Source: Bdellovibrionales bacterium (GTDB lineage Bacteria > Bdellovibrionota > Bdellovibrionia > Bdellovibrionales > UBA1609). From it: a stretch of 64,000 nucleotides of DNA. Below are positions 19,270 to 30,246 of the stretch, piece by piece (the stretch's first letter is position 1; every line of letters starts with the position of its first letter). Under the pieces are notes generated by a model. The model was given only the letters and a program-made list of their open reading frames with translations, was not told the origin of the DNA and made no database searches. The DNA lies in contig CBDBIB010000001.1 of assembly GCA_965205945.1 (NCBI GenBank), forward strand, positions 192,001-256,000, given 5' to 3'. The position numbers were made by a program, and so were the translations under genes.

Positions 19270-21486
19270 CTAATATTTTATTCTTAAAAGCACTTTAGCA
19301 GTGTCAAAATCAGACAAAATTTTCACTGGCTTTAAGTCTTTAGTATCGTAAGACCAATCATTTTTAGAATACCGACTAATACTCTCTAAACGCCTTACAA
19401 CCCTCATCCAAATAGGTAAAGCTGCAGAAGCCCCTGTAATTTTTAAGCCTTTATTAGTTAAATAAGGCGCTTTGCCAACCCAAACAACATAGGAGTACTC
19501 TGGTGAAACACTAGCAAACCAACCATCTTCATAACTATTTGTAGTTCCAGTCTTACCCCCATAAACACCTTTAAGATTTAAAACCTTTGAGCTTTTTGCA
19601 GTTCCAAGTGTCATAGTGTTTTTCATCATTTCTAAAAGCATACGTTTTGAGGTGGCCATGGGTTTTTTAAAAGCTTTAGGCACTTTACTTAAATAAACAG
19701 TGTTTTGATTACTATCTAAAACTTTTCGTGTGAATTTAGGCTCCTGAGTAAAAACATTCACACTATCAATGCTTAAATTAATATAAGCCCCTAAAAGCTC
19801 TAAAGGAGAAGCCTCAAAAGACCCTAACACTAAGCTTGGAATGATTGGTGAGAATTTTTTAAAGCCATATTTTAAAAGATTCTTATAAATTTTTTTATAG
19901 CCAAATGCAGACATTACTCTAACCGTGGGAATATTTATAGATTTTGAAAGTGCTAAATACATTGGTACAGAGTCAGGTTGATCTTTTAATGAATAGTTTT
20001 TAGGGGTCCACGACTGGCCTTCGTATTTATAAGTAAATGCTTTATTTGAAATTTGAGTTACCGGACTAAGAAAGGGGTCTTCTTGCTCAAGTGCTGTAAG
20101 ATAAACAAAAGGTTTTGCTGTAGAGCCTATTTGTCTTTTCCCATATATAGCTGAATTAAAATTTAAACTTTTACTAGATCCGCTAGTTAAAGCAATTATA
20201 GAATTTGTAGAATTATTAGCTACAAGAACACTTCCTTGAAAACCTTTTAATCTTCCTTTTAAATAACTGTCTACGGCAGTCTCCATTTCTTTTTGTGCAA
20301 AAAAATCCATTTCTGTAAAAATTAAAGCCCCATCAGGATTAAGCTCTAATTTTTTTAATTCATTTAACACTGCATCTACATAGTAAGGGGCCTGAACATG
20401 TTTTTTTGATTGAGAAACTTTAATTGAAGGGGTAAAATTTAAAGCTTGAGTCTTTTCACTATGTGAAATTAAATCTAGTTTAAACATACGGTTTAAGATT
20501 TCTTTATGACGAGATTTAGATTTTTTTTGATGTGGACCATAGACACCAGGGCCTTTAACAGCTCCAGTTAATAATACACACTCAGAAAGATTTAAATCGG
20601 AAACATCTTTTCCAAAATAATGTTGAGCAGCCTCTTGAATACCATGAATAGCATAAGGCCCACTCTGCCCCCAATAAATATAGTTAAGATAGGACTCAAG
20701 TATTTGATCTTTGCTTAAAATAAACTCTAATAAAACAGACAACCATGCTTCACGGATTTTTCTTCGAAGAGTTTTCTTGCTTGTTAGAAATTTATTTTTA
20801 ATAAGCTGCTGTGTTAAGGTACTCCCACCTTGACTAAAACGACCAGTTTTAAGGTTTGTTATAACCGCTCTTAGAATCCCTCGTAGGCTTACACCCTTAT
20901 GTTTTAAAAAACGATCATCTTCAACAGCAAGAATCCCATCAAGGCAGTAGCGAGGTATATGAGAAAGTTTCACATGGGTTCTTAAAATATGCTTACCTTG
21001 CGACATTTGAGCAAATAATATTGGAGGAGCAAGAAACTCATCTACAACAATAGCCTTATTACCTCTAATTTTAGATATTTTAAGAATTTTAGATGAGGAA
21101 TTTTCAATTAAAATCTCTTCACCACCTTTGTTTACAATAAGAAAACAAGTTTGCGTATCAGCAAGAGTATTTTTTCTTAAACGCTGACTGCAAAGGTTCT
21201 CAGGTAAGAATGTAAACTCTTGACGGTCTAAAGACTGATTCGGGCCTCGCTCTTTAAGACCTGATTGAACTAAATAAGAGGCTAAAAAACTTGCACTAAT
21301 AACTTGCATTTTTTTAAATGAAAGAGGGGCTGTGTAGAACCTAGTTGGAGGATCAAACCAGCCAATTGATGTTGATTTTTTAAGCTCAATAATTTCAACA
21401 CTGGCCCAAAACAAAAAAGTACTCGTGAAAACTAAAAAAAATACTAGAAATAACTTTAAGCGCTGTTTTAAAGACTTTCTTGACAT
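19270..21486 (-). CDS. mrcB: Bifunctional transglycosylase/transpeptidase, PBP1B-like
   Basis: EDDRFLKHKG, QGGSTLTQQLIKN, RKIRE, GSTAKP, SINIP, GKTGT; UB2H-like region after the N-terminal TM. Confidence 0.88.
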   Translation of the reverse strand: MSRKSLKQRLKLFLVFFLVFTSTFLFWASVEIIELKKSTSIGWFDPPTRFYTAPLSFKKMQVISASFLASYLVQSGLKERGPNQSLDRQEFTFLPENLCSQRLRKNTLADTQTCFLIVNKGGEEILIENSSSKILKISKIRGNKAIVVDEFLAPPILFAQMSQGKHILRTHVKLSHIPRYCLDGILAVEDDRFLKHKGVSLRGILRAVITNLKTGRFSQGGSTLTQQLIKNKFLTSKKTLRRKIREAWLSVLLEFILSKDQILESYLNYIYWGQSGPYAIHGIQEAAQHYFGKDVSDLNLSECVLLTGAVKGPGVYGPHQKKSKSRHKEILNRMFKLDLISHSEKTQALNFTPSIKVSQSKKHVQAPYYVDAVLNELKKLELNPDGALIFTEMDFFAQKEMETAVDSYLKGRLKGFQGSVLVANNSTNSIIALTSGSSKSLNFNSAIYGKRQIGSTAKPFVYLTALEQEDPFLSPVTQISNKAFTYKYEGQSWTPKNYSLKDQPDSVPMYLALSKSINIPTVRVMSAFGYKKIYKNLLKYGFKKFSPIIPSLVLGSFEASPLELLGAYINLSIDSVNVFTQEPKFTRKVLDSNQNTVYLSKVPKAFKKPMATSKRMLLEMMKNTMTLGTAKSSKVLNLKGVYGGKTGTTNSYEDGWFASVSPEYSYVVWVGKAPYLTNKGLKITGASAALPIWMRVVRRLESISRYSKNDWSYDTKDLKPVKILSDFDTAKVLLRIKY

Positions 21487-21516
21487 ATTTTTTAACCCTT
21501 CGTTTAGTTAAAAGCT

Positions 21517-21795
21517 ATGAAACTATCTCCCAACCAAATGAATAAAATAGCAGTTGAGGTTTTTAAAGCTCTCTGTGATGTTGATAACATAACCATTAAT
21601 GCTAGCAAAGAAAAGTTTAAATCAGTTATTATGCAGGTCTTAAAACAAAATATAGAAGAAGAAAGAAATCTAGATCAGGCTGTAAACGCTATGATGGACA
21701 CACTTGAACAACAGAATCCAAATTCTTTTGAGCGCTATAAAATGTTTCCACTTTTAAAAAAGAAACTGGCTAAACAACGTGGTTTTATACTTTAA
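21517..21795 (+). CDS. DUF507-like protein
   Basis: Small helical protein ending KKKLAKQRGFIL. Confidence 0.7.
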   Translation: MKLSPNQMNKIAVEVFKALCDVDNITINASKEKFKSVIMQVLKQNIEEERNLDQAVNAMMDTLEQQNPNSFERYKMFPLLKKKLAKQRGFIL

Positions 21796-21819
21796 AATTA
21801 AATATAAAGGAAAAATAAA

Positions 21820-22089
21820 ATGATATCAGAAAATAGAGCCAGTCATTTAGCTCATATCATTAGAGAAGCTTTAAAGAAAAAAGATCTAGTTACAAACGCA
21901 GATGAATTACAGCTTTTAAAACAAGTAAAAATTGGAATGAATAAATTTATTAAAATACATGACCAAGTGGATTCATTAGCAAGGGCACAACTTACAAACC
22001 AAAAGCAAAATATTGATGAAGGCTCTATGGAATGGGAAGTTCTTTACGGCAGATTTTACGAACAAGAACTAAAAAGAAAGGGGCTTTAA
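21820..22089 (+). CDS. DUF507-like protein
   Basis: MISENRASHLAH...EGSMEWEVLYGRFYEQEL pattern. Confidence 0.75.
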   Translation: MISENRASHLAHIIREALKKKDLVTNADELQLLKQVKIGMNKFIKIHDQVDSLARAQLTNQKQNIDEGSMEWEVLYGRFYEQELKRKGL

Positions 22090-22090
22090 A

Positions 22091-23491
22091 ATGAGAAGTC
22101 TTAAAAAACTACTTTTAGTACTTTTTTTATTGCCAATAAAGGCTCACTCTTTTGACTTTTATTGGGAAGGCAATTATAAGGCTGAAGGAAACTACTTAAA
22201 TGGAGTAGACCTTGGTAACTCTACAGGTGGAACTAAGGCATATATTAACCATCACCTTTTTTTACAACCTGAAATTATTCTGTTTGAAGGGCTAAGTATT
22301 CACGCAGCTTTAGACGCCATAAATGGAGTAAACTCAACACCCCCCTCCTCAAGAATAGGACAAACTCTTGGCGATACATTTTCATTAAGTAAAGATGCTC
22401 ACTTATCAGATGTTTCAGAACCTTTTTTACAAAGACAAATTCAAAAACCTAGTGGAGTTAATGTAAATGAAGCGTATTTAAAATATTCTCATACAAATGG
22501 TGAGCTAAGACTTGGTAGGCAGCCTTTAGAGTTTGGCTACGGAGCCTTCTACAATGCAGGCTACAATGTTTTTGACCATTGGCTCACCAACAGAGACGGT
22601 ATTTCTTATAATTTTAATATGGGATCACTAAGATTTACTCCAATGCTTAACTTTATGACTTCTGCTATAAGAGCTGGAACACAAACTACAGAATTTGGCT
22701 TAAAATTTAATTTTAAAGTTAAAGATACAGGTCTAGATCTAGGTTTTATGTATTTACAAAGACATATTTCCTCTGCACAAAATGCTTTAAACCCTATTCA
22801 AGGTGTTACTGGAGCTGCAGCACCAAAAACATATAGTATTTTTTATAACAGACAGAAAAAAAATATTCGATATGGATTTGAAGCTCTTTTCCAAAATGGA
22901 AAAGTTGGAAACGGTGTATCTTTAAAAGGTTTTGGTTTTGCCGGAGAAATGGAATGGAGTATAAAGAATTGGAAGTTTTTAAATAAATTTGGTTATGCTC
23001 AAGGCAATGACCCTAATAATACTTCTTTAATTTCTTCAGTTGCAATGCATAGAAACTACAATTTAGGACTGATCCTGTTTAATCATCCTTTAGGGGAATC
23101 AAATTTTGATCTTCTAGGAACTAACATTCGTGGAAGACGCGGAGCTTTATTGTCAACTGATTACAGCTCAGATTTAGTTGTAGATACACAGAGCATTTCA
23201 AATGCTCTGTATTTAGCTCCTACAGCAAGTTACATATTTAACAATAGGTGGAATTTAAGTTCAACATTTATAATAGCTTGGCTTAATAAAACTCAAGTTT
23301 TAGGAGTAGGAAAAGTCTCTTCATTTTTAGGGTCTGAACTTGATTTAACACTAACACATAACCCCACACAAAATATTACCTGTAAAACAACTTTAGGACT
23401 CTTTATACCAGGAAGTGCTTTTAAGGGCACAGGTTCTTTAAAAACAAACACAAGTTTTGGAGCTACTACAAGTTTAGGCGTCAACTTCTAA
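22091..23491 (+). CDS. Outer-membrane beta-barrel protein
   Basis: Signal peptide, many amphipathic strands, LRLGRQP, LGSELDL, C-terminal Phe. Confidence 0.8.
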   Translation: MRSLKKLLLVLFLLPIKAHSFDFYWEGNYKAEGNYLNGVDLGNSTGGTKAYINHHLFLQPEIILFEGLSIHAALDAINGVNSTPPSSRIGQTLGDTFSLSKDAHLSDVSEPFLQRQIQKPSGVNVNEAYLKYSHTNGELRLGRQPLEFGYGAFYNAGYNVFDHWLTNRDGISYNFNMGSLRFTPMLNFMTSAIRAGTQTTEFGLKFNFKVKDTGLDLGFMYLQRHISSAQNALNPIQGVTGAAAPKTYSIFYNRQKKNIRYGFEALFQNGKVGNGVSLKGFGFAGEMEWSIKNWKFLNKFGYAQGNDPNNTSLISSVAMHRNYNLGLILFNHPLGESNFDLLGTNIRGRRGALLSTDYSSDLVVDTQSISNALYLAPTASYIFNNRWNLSSTFIIAWLNKTQVLGVGKVSSFLGSELDLTLTHNPTQNITCKTTLGLFIPGSAFKGTGSLKTNTSFGATTSLGVNF

Positions 23492-23542
23492 AATCACACC
23501 TATAATCCAACATAAAATATATACACCTAAAAAAAAATCCTT

Positions 23543-23576
23543 AGTGGCTTTAGTTTTAGCTAAAACCACTTTTTTT
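23543..23576 (+). terminator. Probable intrinsic terminator between convergent genes
   Basis: AGTGGCTTTAG...CTAAAACCACT stem with one mismatch followed by a T run. Confidence 0.55.
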
Positions 23577-23584
23577 ATAAAACT

Positions 23585-25120
23585 TTATTCAAGACTCCTT
23601 GATTGATTATAAATCACTTCATCGCCAAGCATTGGTATAGAGCCCTTATGTGGAGCAATTACTCGTGATCGAGCATCTGCTCCAAACTCTAAGCTTTTTG
23701 CCATTTTATTTAATCTTTCATTGGCTTTTCTTGCCACTTCTAGAATTTCATCCTGAGTATTGTTAATCGTAGGTGTTATTACAGAGGTTTTATGGCCCGT
23801 ACCCTTTAAAATCTGATCAACAATATTAATCTTTCCATTGTCTTCTTCTTGAGTTTCCATAGCAAGCTTACTTAACCATTCTTTATAAATAACTATGGAA
23901 TCATTTAAAATGATATTGTTTTGCTTCTGTGCTTGTGCAGTTTCTAATTTTACAACATCTTCTTTTATTTCTTGAATACACAAAGTTTTATTTACTTGTG
24001 AACTACAAGCAAGAACTGCTGAAGCAGCCAAATTCTCAATTTGAAATATATTTTTAATATTCTCATTAGAGTTTTGTAAATTCTTAAATGAACTGTCTGT
24101 GTTAATAGCAGTTAATAAAGCAGTTGACTCTTCAGGACTGCTAGAACCATCAAGTGCGGCTGATAAAAGGGGACGAATATTTTCCATATATAAAATATAT
24201 TGTTCATCGGCTGTGCCTTTCACGGCTCGTCTACTAAAGCAAGAAAGTTTGGTTACTGAATCAAAACTATTTTCTTCATTACTAATCTCATCAAGATCTT
24301 CACTTAGATCAAGAATTTCTTCAATTTTTTCTTGATTAAGGCTCCTAATTTCATGATTACGAACACTAGAACTAAAAGTTGTAATTTTTCTGTCAACATT
24401 AAGGCTTTCTTTTAACTCAATTATAATTTCGTCAAGTGTTTCAGCATTATCAGCAGAAAGTAAACAGTGATTGTTCTTTTTAATAAGATTGTCTGTTTTT
24501 AAAAATATTTTTTTAATTTTATCTTTATCACTTGCATTTATATTAGTTGCAATGTCTGTATCAACAAAAGAAGCCTCTGTGTTATCAAATGATGGAACGT
24601 TTACTTCTAGATCTATAGGCTTTTTGCTATTTAAAGCAACCTTATCCTTAACCTCTGTTTTTAAAAGTTCTTTAATTAAAATTGGAAGTTGCTCACTTAA
24701 CATTTTTTTAGTTTCTGTTTGTATTTTAGGACTTGCTCCAAGAGCAGAAATAGTTCCATCTCCGATTTCAACGTCAGAAACAAGAAATCTATCCTCTCCT
24801 ACTGAAGGATAGACTAAATAAGTTCCTCCTTTTTTAACATATAATTTTACAGCTACGTCCTTAGTTTCTGGAATGAGTTTAAGAGTAAGGATTTTTTCAC
24901 AATTAGATGAACGGTGGGAAGAGCTTATAAACTTTTCTAAAGATAACGTTGAAAATGAACATGTTACTGCTTCTGCTGCAATACCACGATAAGCAGCTTT
25001 AAAAGTAGATACTTTAGACTGAAGATAATTCGTGTTATAAATGCTTATCATATATATATGAAATAAAAAAACACTTAAACAAAAGCTAATTAATATGTGT
25101 CTAATCTTTGCTGCCTGCAT
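23585..25120 (-). CDS. Hypothetical membrane-anchored protein
   Basis: 511-aa ORF, N-terminal TM, largely helical, GGGGG RBS-like sequence upstream. Confidence 0.75.
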   Translation of the reverse strand: MQAAKIRHILISFCLSVFLFHIYMISIYNTNYLQSKVSTFKAAYRGIAAEAVTCSFSTLSLEKFISSSHRSSNCEKILTLKLIPETKDVAVKLYVKKGGTYLVYPSVGEDRFLVSDVEIGDGTISALGASPKIQTETKKMLSEQLPILIKELLKTEVKDKVALNSKKPIDLEVNVPSFDNTEASFVDTDIATNINASDKDKIKKIFLKTDNLIKKNNHCLLSADNAETLDEIIIELKESLNVDRKITTFSSSVRNHEIRSLNQEKIEEILDLSEDLDEISNEENSFDSVTKLSCFSRRAVKGTADEQYILYMENIRPLLSAALDGSSSPEESTALLTAINTDSSFKNLQNSNENIKNIFQIENLAASAVLACSSQVNKTLCIQEIKEDVVKLETAQAQKQNNIILNDSIVIYKEWLSKLAMETQEEDNGKINIVDQILKGTGHKTSVITPTINNTQDEILEVARKANERLNKMAKSLEFGADARSRVIAPHKGSIPMLGDEVIYNQSRSLE

Positions 25121-25225
25121 TGAATCCCCCTAAGATATCAACTATAAAGATACTAATCTGTAACATAAGTTATACAATATTTAGGCCAAATCTATTTAGA
25201 GCCTACGAACAATACGGAGGATTTA

Positions 25226-26419
25226 ATGTCTAAAGACTTTACAACTGTATTTAAAGATAATCAGCCTTTAAAGTGGGATTGGTTTAACTGGAAAGAACAG
25301 CTTAAAAACTCCTTAAAAACAAAAGCAGATTTTTTAAAAAGCTTTGATCTTACTCTAGAAGAAAAAAAAGGGTTTACTCAAGGATCTTTGATATTTAATA
25401 TTCAATCTACACCTTACTACATATCACTAGCTCATAAGGACAATCCATTAGACCCTATTAGAAGAATGGTTCTTCCAAGAGCTGAGGAGACTTTAAACTT
25501 AAAGATGACTCAAAATGATCCATTAGGTGAAAATAAAAATAAACCTTGTGAACGAATCATCCATAGGTACTCAGATAGAGTATTGTTTCTTATTACAGAT
25601 TATTGTGGTATTTATTGTAGATACTGTACTCGAAAGTATTTTACAGGTAGAGGAAAGGTATTTCCTAGTAAAAATGAATATCAAGAAGCTTTAGATTACA
25701 TAAAAAAAAATAAAAGAATAAGAGAAGTTATTTTAAGTGGCGGGGACCCTTTAACACTCTCTAACTCTAGACTAGATAAAATTCTAACAGATTTAAATAA
25801 AATAAAACATGTTCAACTTATTCGTGTAGGATCTAGGATGCCGACAGCATGTCCTATGCGTTTAGATGAAGACCTTTTAAAGATTTTTAAAAAAGAAACC
25901 CCAATTGTTTTAATGAGTCATTTTAATCATCATCAAGAAATACCTAAACTTACAAAAACCTACTTAAGAAATTTTGCAGAAGGTGGTGTTCAAATTTTTA
26001 ACCAAATGGTTCTTTTAAACGGAGTAAACAACAGTGCAGCCTTAGTTTATAAACTTTCTAGAGAACTAATTTCTTGTAAAGTATTCCCATACTATATGTT
26101 TCAGTGCGATCCTTCTCCGGGCACTACACACCTACAAACTTCCATTCAAGAATCTTTAAATATTCAAAAAGAGCTCTGGGGACACAGTTCAGGCTTAGCA
26201 ATGCCTACATACTCAATAGATATTCCTTTAGGAGGGGGGAAAACTTATTTGACACCTAATTTTATAGAGTCCTTTAAAGACAATCAGGTTGACTTTAAAG
26301 GGTTTGATGGAGTCAAAGCAGCCTATTTAAACCCTCCTAATGAAAGTAGGATTTCACCATATGTACCGACAGAAATTTTAGAAGACTGGGCTTTAATTCA
26401 AACTTTTAAAGAGGTGTAG
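25226..26419 (+). CDS. KamA/EpmB family radical SAM aminomutase
   Basis: CGIYCRYC cluster motif, SGGDPL, HFNH, NQMVLLNGVN, GGGK PLP lysine. Confidence 0.93.
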   Translation: MSKDFTTVFKDNQPLKWDWFNWKEQLKNSLKTKADFLKSFDLTLEEKKGFTQGSLIFNIQSTPYYISLAHKDNPLDPIRRMVLPRAEETLNLKMTQNDPLGENKNKPCERIIHRYSDRVLFLITDYCGIYCRYCTRKYFTGRGKVFPSKNEYQEALDYIKKNKRIREVILSGGDPLTLSNSRLDKILTDLNKIKHVQLIRVGSRMPTACPMRLDEDLLKIFKKETPIVLMSHFNHHQEIPKLTKTYLRNFAEGGVQIFNQMVLLNGVNNSAALVYKLSRELISCKVFPYYMFQCDPSPGTTHLQTSIQESLNIQKELWGHSSGLAMPTYSIDIPLGGGKTYLTPNFIESFKDNQVDFKGFDGVKAAYLNPPNESRISPYVPTEILEDWALIQTFKEV

Positions 26420-28187
26420 ACGGATCTAAATATAAAGAGATTTTTCTATCTGTTTGAACTGTAATAATTTTTTCAACATAAAGCTTTCTAAGTGTATCAA
26501 CGGCTTTAATAGTAAGTGTTCTTGATGAGGGAACTTTATAACTTTTTATAGGAGTTTGCTCTCTAAGCTTTCTTCCATTTATGTAAATAATAGTATTTTT
26601 ATATTTTGTAGTGATATCTAAATAACCAACATTAATTTTTTGTAATGTAAACCCCTCTTTAGTCCCATTTCCACGTGAAATAATTTTCGCTTTATAATTT
26701 AAGAAACCATCTTTTTTCAAACCAATAAAAAACTGATTTTTAGAGGGAACAGCGACCCTTCCAGGGGTAAGCTGCCCTGTATTTTTAGTATTAATATAAA
26801 TTTCAGCCCCCTGTGGATTGCTAGACATAATAATATGGTGCGTGTTTAAATCTGAAACTAAACCAGGCTCTTGAATGGAAGACTGCTTCTTAATATATTC
26901 AACGCTTGTTTTAGAAGGCATAAGTTGAGAGGTTATAAGAGCTATTGCAACAACAAAAATACCAATAATAGCTAAGTTTGCAGGAGCAAACAAATCATTT
27001 TTATTAACCACCTTTACTTTGCTTTTATTTGATTTATTTTTTTTAGGATTTGTTATGCTTGTGTTATTTTCTACACGCAATTTATTAAAATTAAAAGAAA
27101 CTTCTTTTTTATCTTTAGTAGATGTGAAAGGATCAAAATCTTTATGAACGTTCACCTTGGTTTGATCAGAATCTAAATGATTTTTTGAAAAATCAAAAGC
27201 TTTAGATATTTGAGAATATCTAACAAATTTTTTCCTGTTTATAAGAATCTCATCAGCATAAAGACTTTTTATAAAAATAGAAAAATCATGAGATGAAAAA
27301 TCTGGATGAAAACGGTTTAAAAATCTATTTAAATCTTTATAAAATTCAGCACAAGTTTGGTACCTACTAGTAACATCTTTAGCAAGTGCTCTATTTACGA
27401 TGAGCTCTAATTCTTTAGGGATTTTTGAATTTATCTTTGAAATAGGAGGTATTTTACTCTCGCGTATTTTTTTAAGGGTATTCATTTCAGAGGAAGATAT
27501 AAATAGTCTTTTATTTGTAAGAGCTTCCCACAAAACAATTCCTAAAGAATACACATCTGTTCTTGAATCAATTTTTTCACCAGAAGCTTGTTCAGGGGAC
27601 ATATAAGAAAATTTACCTTTTAGAGTTCCAGCTTTAGTCTCTTCCTTTTTCCCCTCAGTCTTAGCAATACCAAAATCAACCACTTTAATTTCGCCTTCAA
27701 AACTCACCATGATATTTTGTGGACTTATATCTCTATGAATTATATTTAGTGGTTTTCCGCTGGAATCATCAAGACGTCTATGAGCATTATCAAGGCCAGA
27801 AGCGATTTCTTTAATTATATAAACAGCCTGATCTACACTAAAGCCAAAACGCTGTTCTTTTTCAAACCTTGAAAGAATTTGTCGAAGGTTTTTTCCCTCA
27901 ATAAGCTCCATAACAATAAAAAACTGCCCTTTCTCTATACCAAACTCATAAATCCTTGCAATGTTTGAATGAGAAAGATTAACACAGATTTTAGCTTCTT
28001 CAGTAAACATACTAATAAACTCTTTATTTGAAGAGTATTGAGGAAGAATTCGTTTCATTGCTAAAAATTTACCAATACCTTGAATACTAGAAGTTTTAGC
28101 TAAAAAAATTTCAGCCATTCCACCCGTTGCAAGTTTTTCTAGTAATAGATATTTTCCGAAAAGCTCTGGTTTTTTTTCTGTTCCCAT
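26406..28187 (-). CDS. Membrane Ser/Thr protein kinase with C-terminal PEGA domains
   Basis: GGMAEIF, IIHRDISPQN, DFGIAK, YMSPEQ; TM; SNPQGAEIYIN PEGA signature. Confidence 0.93.
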   Translation of the reverse strand: MGTEKKPELFGKYLLLEKLATGGMAEIFLAKTSSIQGIGKFLAMKRILPQYSSNKEFISMFTEEAKICVNLSHSNIARIYEFGIEKGQFFIVMELIEGKNLRQILSRFEKEQRFGFSVDQAVYIIKEIASGLDNAHRRLDDSSGKPLNIIHRDISPQNIMVSFEGEIKVVDFGIAKTEGKKEETKAGTLKGKFSYMSPEQASGEKIDSRTDVYSLGIVLWEALTNKRLFISSSEMNTLKKIRESKIPPISKINSKIPKELELIVNRALAKDVTSRYQTCAEFYKDLNRFLNRFHPDFSSHDFSIFIKSLYADEILINRKKFVRYSQISKAFDFSKNHLDSDQTKVNVHKDFDPFTSTKDKKEVSFNFNKLRVENNTSITNPKKNKSNKSKVKVVNKNDLFAPANLAIIGIFVVAIALITSQLMPSKTSVEYIKKQSSIQEPGLVSDLNTHHIIMSSNPQGAEIYINTKNTGQLTPGRVAVPSKNQFFIGLKKDGFLNYKAKIISRGNGTKEGFTLQKINVGYLDITTKYKNTIIYINGRKLREQTPIKSYKVPSSRTLTIKAVDTLRKLYVEKIITVQTDRKISLYLDPSTPL

Positions 28188-28197
28188 TCTACAAAGC

Positions 28198-28225
28198 TAA
28201 TCGGGAGGAAGTAGGAGAAGCTTTA
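28198..28225 (-). promoter_or_regulatory. Candidate sigma28 (FliA) promoter
   Basis: TAAA-N16-CCCGATTA, 10 nt before kinase ATG. Confidence 0.45.
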
Positions 28226-28258
28226 CATGTTTAACCTAGAAGACTAGACTGTCAGCGT

Positions 28259-28834
28259 ATGAAATGGATTGGAATAACAGGTGGGGTCGGTTGTGGAAAA
28301 TCAACAGCCTTAAAAAATTTTCAAAAACTAGGCTTTAGTGTTATCTCAGCTGATACGATTGTTCACTCTTTATATGAAAAAGAAGCCTTTGTGTTAAAAG
28401 TCTGTGAAGCTTTAAATATAAAAAAAACAGAATTTTCTTTATCAAAAGTTTCAGAAAAAATTTTTTCTAATAACAAACTCTTACAATTATTAGAAAGTAT
28501 TGTTCATCCAAAAGTACGTTTAGAAGTTGAGAAAAAACGCAAAGAATTTCAGAAAAAAAATGTACCTTTAAGCTTCTATGAAGTTCCATTATTATTTGAA
28601 AACAAAATGGAAAAAGATTTTGATTATATAATCTGTATAGGAGTTTTTAATGAAATCCAATTAAAACGCATTCAAAAAAGAAACCCATCTTGGACAAATA
28701 AAGAAATTCAAGCTAGAATTGCAACTCAACTTCCTTTAAGTGAGAAAGCTAAAAAAGCGGACTTTTATATTGATAACTCTGGTTCTTTAGAGTCATTAAA
28801 CAAGGCTTGTACAAATCTATTAAGTAAGCTTTAA
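28259..28834 (+). CDS. coaE: Dephospho-CoA kinase
   Basis: GITGGVGCGKST, IVHPKV, EVPLLFE, ADFYIDNSG. Confidence 0.95.
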   Translation: MKWIGITGGVGCGKSTALKNFQKLGFSVISADTIVHSLYEKEAFVLKVCEALNIKKTEFSLSKVSEKIFSNNKLLQLLESIVHPKVRLEVEKKRKEFQKKNVPLSFYEVPLLFENKMEKDFDYIICIGVFNEIQLKRIQKRNPSWTNKEIQARIATQLPLSEKAKKADFYIDNSGSLESLNKACTNLLSKL

Positions 28835-29169
28835 ACTGCTTAAATGTAGAAACACCATTGCTAAAATAATCTAAATTACTAAACTCAACTATGTTAGTAG
28901 ATTAAGTGATTAAAAATCCTTTAATTAAGGTTGCATTTAATAAAATTGTAACATCTTAAGCTCTTTTAAATGAACCTTTATTAACTAGTGTTTAAAAAAA
29001 TATTTATGAAAATATCAAGTATATTTAAAATTAACGCTTGGCCTTAAGAATATAATTTTTAAAAGTATTCTTTTAAGAAAAGTTTGTAAAAATAATGCCT
29101 GTTTATTAAAAGTAACTTTATTATATTAAAAAAAGTAGCGCCATTGATTTAAAAATAGCAAAGAGCCTT

Positions 29170-29196
29170 TAAAGTTTCATCAAACTAGTCCGAAAA
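29170..29196 (+). promoter_or_regulatory. Candidate sigma28 (FliA) promoter
   Basis: TAAAGTTT-N11-TCCGAAAA upstream of the endonuclease gene. Confidence 0.5.
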
Positions 29197-29367
29197 AGAC
29201 TCTAAATAAGGCATACTTTCTAAGTTTAAAATCAAAAAACTCAAATTGACAGGACTTTAGTCATATTAATTATCAATTAAATTAAGAATGATCCTTAAGA
29301 GTACACAAAAAAATTTACAAATGCTTAGTCCCTATGTCATACTTTTAAGTATGATTTACTAAGGAGA

Positions 29368-30144
29368 GTGTTTTTGAGACTAGTAAATATCCTAACTTTG
29401 CTTTTATGGTCCGGAACTGCTTTTTCAAACACTAACACATATTATAATGTTCAAGAAATATTCGAGTTTACAAATGGAAAACTTAAAAATGCTGACCTTC
29501 TTAATTTTGTAGGTAATGTTAGTCATAAAAAGTTTAAACCCCTTGGATATAGAAAAGGATCAAGACGTGCATTGTTTACAGAAATTGATTTAGATTATGA
29601 TAAAAAAGGATACTTTATTAAAGATGTTTACTGTAATTATAAAATACGCTTAAGAGCCGAACATAATAAATTTCCACCTAATAGTATAATAAATGTAGAA
29701 CACACATGGCCACAATCTAAAGGTTCTAAATACGAACCTTTTAGAGGAGATCTCCATCACTTATATCCAGCAAACTCTAAAGCAAATAGTATAAGAGGAA
29801 ACTCCCCCTTTGGTGAAGTTGAGGGAAAAAATACTTCTTTTAACTGTACTATTTCAAAAGTTGGTCTAATGATAAACCCAATAACTGGGAAACTTACTCG
29901 TCAGCGAGCATACCAACCACCACTAGAGCATAGAGGAAATGTTGCAAGAGCATTATTTTATGCTGCTGGGTTTTATGGATATAATATAAATGCTATGCAA
30001 GAGTATTACCTAAAAAAATGGCACAATGATGATCCTGTTGACACAAAAGAACTTGAGCGAAACAATCAAATTCAAGAAGCTCAAGGAAATAGAAACCCAT
30101 ATATTGATTTTCCTGAACTAGTTAAACGAATAAACGACTTTTAA
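29368..30144 (+). CDS. Secreted endonuclease I family nuclease
   Basis: Signal peptide, NVEHTWPQS, DLHHLYP, RGNVARALFY, ERNN...QGNRNPYID. Confidence 0.92.
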   Translation: MFLRLVNILTLLLWSGTAFSNTNTYYNVQEIFEFTNGKLKNADLLNFVGNVSHKKFKPLGYRKGSRRALFTEIDLDYDKKGYFIKDVYCNYKIRLRAEHNKFPPNSIINVEHTWPQSKGSKYEPFRGDLHHLYPANSKANSIRGNSPFGEVEGKNTSFNCTISKVGLMINPITGKLTRQRAYQPPLEHRGNVARALFYAAGFYGYNINAMQEYYLKKWHNDDPVDTKELERNNQIQEAQGNRNPYIDFPELVKRINDF

Positions 30145-30246
30145 AGTTTATTAACTTCTACAATTAAAGATATTAATACCAAAGGTATTCTTCCTCGTAT
30201 TATGACTAACAAAAAAGATCTAAAAAAAACAAGATTATTAAATAGA

